32,000 bases of DNA, from positions 72,312 through 104,311 of the forward strand of contig JBNLEB010000021.1 of the NCBI GenBank assembly GCA_050304695.1, written 5' to 3'. The notes beneath the pieces are model-generated. The model searched no databases and had not been told where the DNA came from. It was given only the letters and a program-made list of their open reading frames with translations. The position numbers were made by a program, and so were the translations under genes. Source of the DNA: Mariprofundaceae bacterium. Its GTDB lineage: Bacteria > Pseudomonadota > Zetaproteobacteria > Mariprofundales > Mariprofundaceae. Position 1 is the stretch's first letter. The number at the start of each line of letters is the position of its first letter. Shown in pieces: positions 21,314 through 28,902 of this stretch.

Positions 21314-22017
21314 CGGGCTCCACCCTTGCCAGACTCCTGGCCGGATCCCTTATCAGGTTCCCCGGTCGAATCATCCAGCCGATGTTCAACCCGCGTCACA
21401 CGCCCCTTCACCCGGCTGATTTTGCGATGCAGATCCTCCACACCGGCCTGCCATGCCTGGGCACGTTCACCGCCCGGAACCTCCATCCCGGCCAGTTTTT
21501 CATCCAGCAGCTTCCGGGTCGTTGCCGCCACCTTCCGCTCGGCCCTGACCAGCGCATGGGCCGCTGCTGCAACACGACTGCCAAAATAGTCGCCGAAGGC
21601 GTCTCTCAGTTCGCGCTCCCAATCGAGGTCGGCCTCGGCCAGCAGTTTTTTGAAACGCAACATCGCCTCCGAATCTCCCGAAAGCTTCAACACCTGTTCG
21701 AAGACCAGCTCATCGGGATCTTCATGGGCAAAACAGAGACGGGCGAAGGCGGCCGTGGTCGCATCGATCTCAACAGAAACGTCGTCCCCACCATTATCAC
21801 CGTGCTTCGGATGCACCCAGACCTGACCACGCTTGAAACCCATAAAGAAAACAGCGCCGGTATCGCGCACATGAATACGGAAAACGCGGCCGTTCAACCC
21901 TTCCAGCGCCGGTGCCAGCGACTTGTCGCGTGCAAAGAAGAGCCCCAGCACGGTGGAGAGCACCACACATTGAACGGGAACAGGGATTAACCTGAGCGGC
22001 AAAAACATCACACTCAT
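21310..22017 (-). CDS. ubiJ: UbiJ-like (SCP2 sterol-binding domain) ubiquinone biosynthesis accessory factor
   Basis: SCP2-like N-terminal half with an FHEDPD..FEQVLKLSGDSEAMLRFKKLLAEADLDWERELRDAFGD segment. Located between ubiE and ubiB, overlapping the ubiB start by 4 bp. Confidence 0.75.
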   Translation of the reverse strand: MSVMFLPLRLIPVPVQCVVLSTVLGLFFARDKSLAPALEGLNGRVFRIHVRDTGAVFFMGFKRGQVWVHPKHGDNGGDDVSVEIDATTAAFARLCFAHEDPDELVFEQVLKLSGDSEAMLRFKKLLAEADLDWERELRDAFGDYFGSRVAAAAHALVRAERKVAATTRKLLDEKLAGMEVPGGERAQAWQAGVEDLHRKISRVKGRVTRVEHRLDDSTGEPDKGSGQESGKGGAR

Positions 22018-22122
22018 CGGGCTACGCCCTTATTGATTGATCCGCAAAATGCAGGACAGCATTTTGCTCGTAACGATTCCCGAAGAGCGCGGTCTTTGGG
22101 AACCTCACGAAACTGCGTTTCG

Positions 22123-22320
22123 CCCGCCATCCCTGGCGGGAACATGGAGACACTTACGGCGCGCTGCGCCGCCACCCTTCCATGGGTGGAATTTAGATCG
22201 TGCACAGATGACGGAACGGCACCGCCCACCCGCACATGGACGTGCGGCTTTAGTAAGCCAGCGTAAAACCGCGCTTTTGCGCTGGCGTCCGAAGGGTGAG
22301 GACACGACTGCATGGATGCG
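22123..22320. repeat. Cluster of short palindromic stem-loops (REP/BIME-like)
   Basis: CCCGCC-ATCCCT-GGCGGG (22123-22140), GGCGC-gct-GCGCC (22158-22170), CCACCC-TTCCAT-GGGTGG (22172-22189), CCGCAC-ATGGAC-GTGCGG (22230-22247), CCAGCG..CGCTGG (22258-22285), GCATGGATGC (22310-22319). Confidence 0.65.
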
Positions 22321-22381
22321 GGAGGTAGAGCATCGCATGGAGCAGATGCCGAGGACGTTCCGAACCCGTATCTCACAACCT

Positions 22382-23140
22382 TCAAACCTTATACCCGCGG
22401 TGAAGGGCGACGATACCACCGGTCATGTTTTCATATTTCACCAGCTCGAATCCGGCCCAGTCGATCAATTTGGCGAAACGTTTCTGATCGGGAAAACGGC
22501 GGATCGACTCGACCAGGTATTGATAGGAGTCGCGATCGCCGGTCACGAACTCGCCCATCGCCGGAATCACATTAAAGGAGTAAGCATCGTAAACGACATC
22601 GAGCAGTGGTACTACAGGGCGGGTAAACTCAAGGCAGATAAACTGGCCGCCCGGCTTGAGCACACGATGGAATTCGGCAAGCCCCGCCTCGATATCGACA
22701 AAGTTACGAATACCGAAAGCGATCGATACCACATCGAAAGAGTTGTCGGCAAAAGCGAGTTTCGTGCCATCGGACTGAATGCAGTCGGCCCTGCCGGGGA
22801 GCAGCCCCGCATCGAGTACCCGGCGTGCTCCCTCAGCCAGCATCGGGCCGTTGAGATCGGTCAGCACGACACGGCCGGCAGAATCCCCGGCACGTCCCAT
22901 CTTCTTCATCAGGCCGATGGAGATATCGCCCGAACCTGCCGCCACATCGAGCACGGCCGAATCCGGTTTTACGGCAGCTACCTGGATCATGCGCCGCTTC
23001 CACAAACGGTGCAGCCCGGCACTCATCAGATCGTTCATAATGTCGTATTTGTTGGCAACGGATGAGAAGACACCCATCACCTTGCCGGCCTTCTCGCTGA
23101 CATCGACCGTCTCATATCCGAAATGCGTCTGGGTACTCAT
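22382..23140 (-). CDS. ubiE: Demethylmenaquinone/2-methoxy-6-polyprenyl-1,4-benzoquinol methyltransferase
   Basis: THFGYETVDVSEKAGKVMGVFSSVANKYDIMNDLMSAGLHRLWKR; VLDVAAGSGDI; GGQFICLEF. Track ORF begins at 23404, but the family start matches MSTQTHFGYE at 23140. Confidence 0.96.
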   Translation of the reverse strand: MSTQTHFGYETVDVSEKAGKVMGVFSSVANKYDIMNDLMSAGLHRLWKRRMIQVAAVKPDSAVLDVAAGSGDISIGLMKKMGRAGDSAGRVVLTDLNGPMLAEGARRVLDAGLLPGRADCIQSDGTKLAFADNSFDVVSIAFGIRNFVDIEAGLAEFHRVLKPGGQFICLEFTRPVVPLLDVVYDAYSFNVIPAMGEFVTGDRDSYQYLVESIRRFPDQKRFAKLIDWAGFELVKYENMTGGIVALHRGYKV

Positions 23141-23259
23141 AGGCGCGCAAGCGTAACAGAGGAAGATAGGAGGGGTAAGCATCAATGATCGCAGAACCGT
23201 TAACCGCCCATGGATGGGCGACGACTGAGTGAAACGAAGTCGTGAGCGAAGCAAGATCG

Positions 23260-23298
23260 ACACAATATATAGTAACACCCCACCACTATATATAGTTA
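23260..23298. promoter_or_regulatory. Two NrdR-box-like elements (distal pair)
   Basis: ACACAATATATAGTAA (23260-23275) and CCACTATATATAGTTA (23283-23298) versus the NrdR box ACACWATATATWGTGT. Confidence 0.5.
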
Positions 23299-23395
23299 CA
23301 TCTTTTTCCCACCCAGAGACAGAAACAGCTTTAACCGGCACAGCTAACCTGTGAAAAGACTGTGGAAAACCGGTGCATAGACATTGAATGGTCAA

Positions 23396-23451
23396 ATACC
23401 ACACATAGTGCGCTCATGTTGCTTGACACCCAAGATATAGTGCTTCATATT
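23396..23451 (+). promoter_or_regulatory. Putative NrdR-controlled nrdJ promoter: paired NrdR-box-like sites with a sigma70-like -35/-10
   Basis: ATACCACACATAGTGC (23396-23411) and ACCCAAGATATAGTGC (23428-23443), 32 bp apart in register. TTGACA at 23423-23428, 17-bp spacer, CATATT at 23446-23451. Confidence 0.6.
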
Positions 23452-23507
23452 CCCGCCACCAAACATACTAAAACACGATTTCGCACACGTCTGGAGGGAG
23501 AAACAGT

Positions 23508-26500
23508 ATGAGCGCAGCCACCACCAACACGGCAGTCAAGGCCAAGGCAGAGGAAACCGCGGAAGCAACCGGCGAATACAAGCTGGCTTCCGAGGTCACG
23601 CTGCAGCCTGCATCCGAAGATATCTGGGATAAGAAGTACCGCCTGAAGGATAAAAACGGTAACGCTGTCGATGTCGATATCGAGGCGACCTACGAGCGTG
23701 TTGCCAAGGCGCTGGCTGCTGTCGAGGAGAAGGATAGGCAGGAGTTCTGGTTCAACCGTTTCACCTGGGCGCTGCAGCAGGGTGCCATCCCGGCCGGTCG
23801 CATCATGTCCAACGCCGGTGCCGAAGCGCATAAGCCCGCCACCTCCACCATCAACTGCACCGTATCCGGCTCGGTTCCCGACTCGATGGACGGCATCCTC
23901 TCCATGGTGCGCGAAGCCGGCCTGACGCTGAAAGCAGGCTGCGGTATCGGTTATGAGTTCTCCACCCTGCGTCCGAAGGGCGCTTATGTCTCCGGTGCCG
24001 GTGCCTACACCTCGGGCCCGCTCTCCTTCATGGATATCTTCGACAAGATGTGCTTCACCGTATCTTCGGCAGGCGGTCGTCGCGGCGCACAGATGGGCAC
24101 CTTCGACATCCACCACCCCGACGTCATGGATTTCATCCGCGCCAAGCGTGAGGACGGTCGCCTGCGCCCGTTCAACCTCTCCTGCCTGATCACCAAGGAC
24201 TTCATGGAAGCGGTGAAGGCCGATGCCGACTGGGATCTGATCTTCCCGGCTACCGAGCAGGAGGCCGGGAACAAGGAGGAGCGTATCGTCTGGAAACAGA
24301 TGCCGCACTTTGCAGGTTCGGCCATTCGCAACGACAAAGGTGAGGTCGCCTGCAAGGTCTACAAGACGATCAAGGCTCAACGTTTGTGGGATGTGATCAT
24401 GTCCTCCACCTACGACTACGCCGAGCCGGGCTTCATCCTCATCGATGAGGTCAACGAGAAGAACAACAACTGGTTCTGCGAAGATGTGCGCGCCACCAAC
24501 CCGTGCGTTACTGCCGACACCTGGGTACAGACGTCAAACGGTCCGCGTCAGGTGAGCCATCTGACCGGCACAGGCTTCCGGGCAGTTGTTGACGGCAAGG
24601 CGCATGCCACAGGCGAAGAGGGATTCTTCAAAACAGCACATAAGGATGTGGTTCGCCTGCAAACTCGCGAAGGCCATGCACTTCGCCTGACCGGCGACCA
24701 CCGCGTGCGCAAGGTGACCCGTCTGACACGCTGGTCATGCGACACCGAATGGACAGAGGCGGCAGATCTGAAAGCGGGCGACCGGGTGCTGCTTAATGAC
24801 CACGGAAGCCTTGCATGGGAGGGAGCCCTCAACAGAGATCAGGGCTACCTGCTCGGCCTGCTGGTTGGCGATGGAACGCTGAAAACGGACAAAGCCGTGG
24901 TCTCCGTCTGGGCGAACCGTCTGGTTGCCAATGCGTCCACGGGACAGGGTGGCGACTCCGCATATGCACTCATGCACGAAGCAGAGCAGGCCGCCCGCAC
25001 GCTCCCCCACCGCGCCGACTTTTCGGGTTTCCATGAAGTAGACGGGCGCGGGGAGTGGCGCATGTCGCTTTCGTCACTGCGCGACCTGGCCTTTGAGTTG
25101 GGTATGACACCCGGCAACAAATCCATCACCCCAGCCATGGAGCAGGAGTCGTCCGGATTTTATGAAGGTTTCCTGCGCGGCTTTTACGATGCCGACGGAT
25201 CGGTTCAGGGCACTCAAGCCAAAGGCGTATCGGTACGCCTGGCACAGAGCGACCTCTCCCGCCTGGAGGCGGTACAACGCATGCTGCTTCGTCTGGGCAT
25301 CGCATCCACCCTCTACCGGAATCGTCGCAGCGAGGGCGAATCGCTTCTGCCGGATGGCAAAGGCGGAACGAAGCATTACGCAACAAAGGCTCAACATGAA
25401 CTGGTCATCTCAGGCTCGAACCTGCATCTCTTCAACGAACGGATTGGTTTTGCCGACACGGAGAAGCAGGCGCGGCTGGATCAGCTGCTGGCCGGCTACA
25501 AGCGTCGGCTCAACCGCGAACGGTTTGTCGCCGAGGTCGAATCGATCACAGCTGACGGTCGCGAAGATGTCTTCGATGTACAGGTACCGGGCATCAACAC
25601 CTTCGACGGCAACGGCCTGCATGCCCATAACTGCGGAGAACAGCCGCTGCCGCCATACGGCGCCTGCCTGCTCGGATCGGTTAACCTGACCAAGTTCGTC
25701 CGCGATCCGTTCACCGACAAGGCCCGCTTCGACTGGGATGCCTACCGCGAAGTGGTCTCCATCTTCACCCGCATGCTCGACAATGTAGTCGAGATCAACG
25801 GCCTGCCGCTGGAGAAACAGCGTGATGAGATCATGGGCAAACGTCGCCACGGCATGGGATTCCTGGGCTTAGGCTCAGCCCTGACCATGCTGAGGACTCC
25901 ATACGGTTCACCCGAGTCGCTGGAGTTCACCGATAAGATCGCTTACGAGATGGCACGCACCGGCTTTAAGGCCGGCATCGAACTGGCCGAAGAGAAGGGC
26001 CCTGCACCGATCATGGATCAGGAGTTCGAGATCACCCCTGAACTGATGGCCAAACAGCCGAAGATGGCCGAAGACGGCATCAAGATCGGCGACAGACTGA
26101 AAGGCAAAATCCTCTGGGCCAGGTATTCGAAATACATGCGCCAGTTCGCCACCAGCGGCAACATCGAAGATGCCAAGATGCTCAAGGAGCTGGAGGAGAA
26201 GGGTTGCCGATTCACCCACCACTCGTCCATCGCACCGACCGGCACCATCTCGCTCTCCCTGGCCAACAACGCCTCCAACGGCATCGAGCCGAGCTTTGCG
26301 CATCACTACTCACGCAACGTCATCCGCGAGGGCAAGAAGAGTAAAGAGAAGGTGGATGTATTCTCCTACGAGCTGCTCTCCTACCGTGAAGAGATCAATC
26401 CGGATGCGATGCCGTTCTCGACCGATGAAGCGACCAAACTGCCGAGCTACTTCATCTCTGCCGATGAGGTGACGCCGAAACAGCATGTCGATATTCAGGC

Positions 26501-26825
26501 TGCGGCACAGAAGTGGGTGGACTCATCGATCTCCAAGACCGCCAACGTCCCGACCGACTTCCCGTATGAGGATTTCAAGGACATCTACATGTATGCCTAC
26601 GACAAGGGACTGAAAGGATGCACCACCTTCCGTTTCAACCCCGAAGCGTTCCAGGGCGTACTGGTCAAGGAAGAGGATCTGGCCAACACCACCTACAAGT
26701 TCACCCTGGACGACGGCACGGTGGTTGAGGCCAAGGGCAATGAAGAGATCGAGTACGACGGTGAAATGCATACCGCCGCCAACCTCTTCGATGCACTGAA
26801 AGAGGGTTACTACGGTAAGTTCTGA
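23508..26825 (+). CDS. nrdJ: Class II (adenosylcobalamin-dependent) ribonucleoside-diphosphate reductase large chain, intein-containing
   Basis: GRIMSNAGAEAHKPATSTINCTVSG; GCGIGYEFSTLRPKGA; RATNP[intein]CGEQPLPPYGACLLGSVNL; HHSSIAPTGTISLSLANNASNGIEPSFAHHYSRN. Confidence 0.96.
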   Translation: MSAATTNTAVKAKAEETAEATGEYKLASEVTLQPASEDIWDKKYRLKDKNGNAVDVDIEATYERVAKALAAVEEKDRQEFWFNRFTWALQQGAIPAGRIMSNAGAEAHKPATSTINCTVSGSVPDSMDGILSMVREAGLTLKAGCGIGYEFSTLRPKGAYVSGAGAYTSGPLSFMDIFDKMCFTVSSAGGRRGAQMGTFDIHHPDVMDFIRAKREDGRLRPFNLSCLITKDFMEAVKADADWDLIFPATEQEAGNKEERIVWKQMPHFAGSAIRNDKGEVACKVYKTIKAQRLWDVIMSSTYDYAEPGFILIDEVNEKNNNWFCEDVRATNPCVTADTWVQTSNGPRQVSHLTGTGFRAVVDGKAHATGEEGFFKTAHKDVVRLQTREGHALRLTGDHRVRKVTRLTRWSCDTEWTEAADLKAGDRVLLNDHGSLAWEGALNRDQGYLLGLLVGDGTLKTDKAVVSVWANRLVANASTGQGGDSAYALMHEAEQAARTLPHRADFSGFHEVDGRGEWRMSLSSLRDLAFELGMTPGNKSITPAMEQESSGFYEGFLRGFYDADGSVQGTQAKGVSVRLAQSDLSRLEAVQRMLLRLGIASTLYRNRRSEGESLLPDGKGGTKHYATKAQHELVISGSNLHLFNERIGFADTEKQARLDQLLAGYKRRLNRERFVAEVESITADGREDVFDVQVPGINTFDGNGLHAHNCGEQPLPPYGACLLGSVNLTKFVRDPFTDKARFDWDAYREVVSIFTRMLDNVVEINGLPLEKQRDEIMGKRRHGMGFLGLGSALTMLRTPYGSPESLEFTDKIAYEMARTGFKAGIELAEEKGPAPIMDQEFEITPELMAKQPKMAEDGIKIGDRLKGKILWARYSKYMRQFATSGNIEDAKMLKELEEKGCRFTHHSSIAPTGTISLSLANNASNGIEPSFAHHYSRNVIREGKKSKEKVDVFSYELLSYREEINPDAMPFSTDEATKLPSYFISADEVTPKQHVDIQAAAQKWVDSSISKTANVPTDFPYEDFKDIYMYAYDKGLKGCTTFRFNPEAFQGVLVKEEDLANTTYKFTLDDGTVVEAKGNEEIEYDGEMHTAANLFDALKEGYYGKF
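24504..25631 (+). mobile_element. LAGLIDADG homing-endonuclease intein within nrdJ (376 aa)
   Basis: Starts CVTADTWVQTSNG (block A) and has LAGLIDADG-type motifs LLGLLVGDGTL and FLRGFYDADGSV. Ends FDVQVPGINTFDGNGLHAHN, immediately before extein Cys (CGEQPLPPYG). In frame at both junctions. Confidence 0.97.
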
Positions 26826-26900
26826 GTGAATACGGGATAGGAGTATGGATACCCCTATCCTTTGACGGAACAACAAAAACATCGTTTTGCTGTTCCTCAC

Positions 26901-26929
26901 AAAGCCGGCGGCAGGATGCCGCCGGTTTT
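26901..26929 (+). terminator. Rho-independent-type terminator downstream of nrdJ
   Basis: CCGGCGGCA-GGA-TGCCGCCGG followed by TTTT; 9-bp perfect stem, extendable by flanking AAAG/TTTT. Confidence 0.7.
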
Positions 26930-26974
26930 GGCGACACATCCCTGTGTCGCGTAACTGAAGCCGAGGAGGTTCAT

Positions 26975-27223
26975 ATGCTTCAGGGCTACAGAGAGATTAC
27001 ATGGCCGGACTTAAGGTTCCCGCCGATTAACCTGTGGGTGATGGCTTCGCTGGCGAACAGCGAGGCATCAGCAAGTTCCGAGGAGCCAGCGACGAGCTCG
27101 GTCGAATCGGATACCCGCATTCACCGGAGGCAGCGCCCGGGTCTGACAAGGACAAACGCGCTGCATAAACATTTACATAGGCGACTGGAGAGCATTCTGG
27201 CCGTCCGTGGAGGAAAGCGATGA
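26975..27223 (+). CDS. Small hypothetical protein translationally coupled to nrdJb
   Basis: 82 aa, GAGGAGG upstream of the ATG; the stop overlaps the next start as ATGA (27220-27223). Confidence 0.55.
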   Translation: MLQGYREITWPDLRFPPINLWVMASLANSEASASSEEPATSSVESDTRIHRRQRPGLTRTNALHKHLHRRLESILAVRGGKR

Positions 27224-27852
27224 GCATCAAGATCGAGAAGAAGATTACCGGTTACGAAGTGGCCAAGCCGAAGGATGAGCAGGAGAGCAATGTTGCGCAT
27301 ATCGCGCCGCTGCTGGAGCGCGACGATATCCTTGAGGGCAACACCTACAAGATCAAGACGCCGCACTCCGAGCACGCCATGTACATCACCATCAACGATG
27401 TCGTGGTTAATTCAGGCACCCCGGATGCGCATCGTCGTCCGTTCGAGATCTTCATCAACTCCAAGAACATGGAGCACTTCATGTGGATCGTGGCGCTCAC
27501 CCGCGTTATCTCCGCCATCTTCCGCAAAGGCGGCGATGTCAATTTCCTCGTTGAAGAGCTGAAAGCGGTCTTCGATCCGATGGGCGGTTATTACAAGAAG
27601 GGCGGCAAATATATGCCATCCATCGTTGCCGAGATCGGTGAAGTGATCCAGCAGCACCTTGTCTCCATCGGCATGATGGAGGGCAAGCTCAACACCGCCG
27701 AACTGCAGGCCAAACGCAAAGAGGCCGAAGAGAAGCTGGGCAGTGATGCCGTCGCCAAAGGCAACCTCTGCGACAAGTGCGGCGCCATGGCCGTCGTCCG
27801 CCTCGACAACTGCAACTGCTGCCTAGAGTGCGGCGACTCGAAGTGTGGGTAG
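27220..27852 (+). CDS. nrdJb: NrdJb-like class II ribonucleotide reductase accessory/C-terminal subunit (TSCPD domain-type)
   Basis: RRPFEIFINSKNMEHFMWIVALTRVISAIFRKGGDVNFLVEELKAVFDPMGGY and C-terminal CDKCGAMAVVRLDNCNCCLECGDSKCG; located next to nrdJ. Confidence 0.8.
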   Translation: MSIKIEKKITGYEVAKPKDEQESNVAHIAPLLERDDILEGNTYKIKTPHSEHAMYITINDVVVNSGTPDAHRRPFEIFINSKNMEHFMWIVALTRVISAIFRKGGDVNFLVEELKAVFDPMGGYYKKGGKYMPSIVAEIGEVIQQHLVSIGMMEGKLNTAELQAKRKEAEEKLGSDAVAKGNLCDKCGAMAVVRLDNCNCCLECGDSKCG

Positions 27853-27910
27853 TATAACTGATATGTAAACTTATCAGCTGGGTGGATTCTTCCACCGAAT
27901 CAACGAAAAA

Positions 27911-27946
27911 GGCTGCTATCTATTGTGATAGCAGCCTTCTTTTTTT
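27911..27946. terminator. Strong, probably bidirectional terminator between nrdJb and the MazG gene
   Basis: GGCTGCTATC-TATTGT-GATAGCAGCC-TTCTTTTTTT, with AAAAA on the other flank. Confidence 0.88.
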
Positions 27947-27994
27947 GGTTGTAAAGCACCTGCAAACGCTTGAGCTTATAATATTAAGTGGGAA

Positions 27995-28882
27995 CTAACT
28001 GCTGAAGGACTGGTACTCAATGGTTTTTGCTACCAAGTCACCCTCGATAATACCGCCTTTGTTTTCATTCACTGCTCGCCAAACACGAAACCCTTCTAAA
28101 ATCGCACGCTCCCATTCATTCATTGAACAGCGACTAACTTCTAATCGAGCAGTCATGTCTTTAATGATCCTCAATAACTCGTACGCAACGGTATCAACTC
28201 CATCGTAATATGAATAAGCCTTAGCATGATCAAAGACTAATGCAGAAATCGCCTCATCAATTACCGCTGCCCGACCTCCATCTTCAACCTCATCAACTTT
28301 AAGATCGCTTTTTCTCTTTCGATTGAAAAACCTTCTACAAATCGGCGACCAACCCAGTATGGCCAGGTATGCTAAGTGGAAAACGTCATGGAATCGGTAA
28401 CCATCATCTTCATACGAGTTATCTGTTAATTGATCACCAAACGAGCCTTCATCCCATTCGACATGAACTTTCATGCCTCCTTCAACCATTACCTCTCGAA
28501 TTTCAACTCGAAACTTTCTTGGAATCTGCTCTGCAATTGGAAAGTCTTCATCAAACAATTTTTCCCCAAGAGCATCTGGATGGGTTTTACTTAACCATCG
28601 ATCGGTTGTCTTTGCCAAATTCTGTTCAGCAATTTCTGAAAGATTTAACTTTTGGCGAGATGCAATATTTGCAACATACCAAAGAATATCTCCCAATTCT
28701 TCTGTGATTTTCTCACTAAAAAGATAGTAAGCATCGCCATCTCGAAGATGTTTTTTAAACTCGGTTAGTAGCGAGCCAGCCTCGCCAGTCAAACCAAGCA
28801 GTGAAATCATTAGCCCGCGCTCGTCATCAGGCATTGTCTTGTCAGTTTTTGTTGCTTCTTGCTGAAAATAGTTAAATTCCAT
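27995..28882 (-). CDS. MazG-type nucleoside triphosphate pyrophosphohydrolase with an additional C-terminal domain
   Basis: LMISLLGLTGEAGSLLTEFKKHLRDGD...KITEELGDILWYVANIASRQKLNLSEIAEQNLAKTTDRW (EExxE / ExxD MazG pattern). Its C-terminal ~200 aa resembles the MazG_C type. Likely start is ATG 28882 (MEFNYFQ); track ORF begins at 28894. Confidence 0.85.
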   Translation of the reverse strand: MEFNYFQQEATKTDKTMPDDERGLMISLLGLTGEAGSLLTEFKKHLRDGDAYYLFSEKITEELGDILWYVANIASRQKLNLSEIAEQNLAKTTDRWLSKTHPDALGEKLFDEDFPIAEQIPRKFRVEIREVMVEGGMKVHVEWDEGSFGDQLTDNSYEDDGYRFHDVFHLAYLAILGWSPICRRFFNRKRKSDLKVDEVEDGGRAAVIDEAISALVFDHAKAYSYYDGVDTVAYELLRIIKDMTARLEVSRCSMNEWERAILEGFRVWRAVNENKGGIIEGDLVAKTIEYQSFSS

Positions 28883-28902
28883 AACCCCTCCCAAGGCCCC
28901 TA

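Noticed and set aside
22014-22385. Minus- and plus-strand ORFs (123 aa, 77 aa, and part of a 342-aa ORF) between ubiE and ubiJ
   Set aside because: They span palindromic intergenic repeats and show no recognisable domain; likely spurious.
23141-23404. N-terminal extension of UbiE in the ORF call
   Set aside because: Family homology starts at MSTQTHFGYETVD (23140); the extension covers the divergent nrdJ regulatory region.
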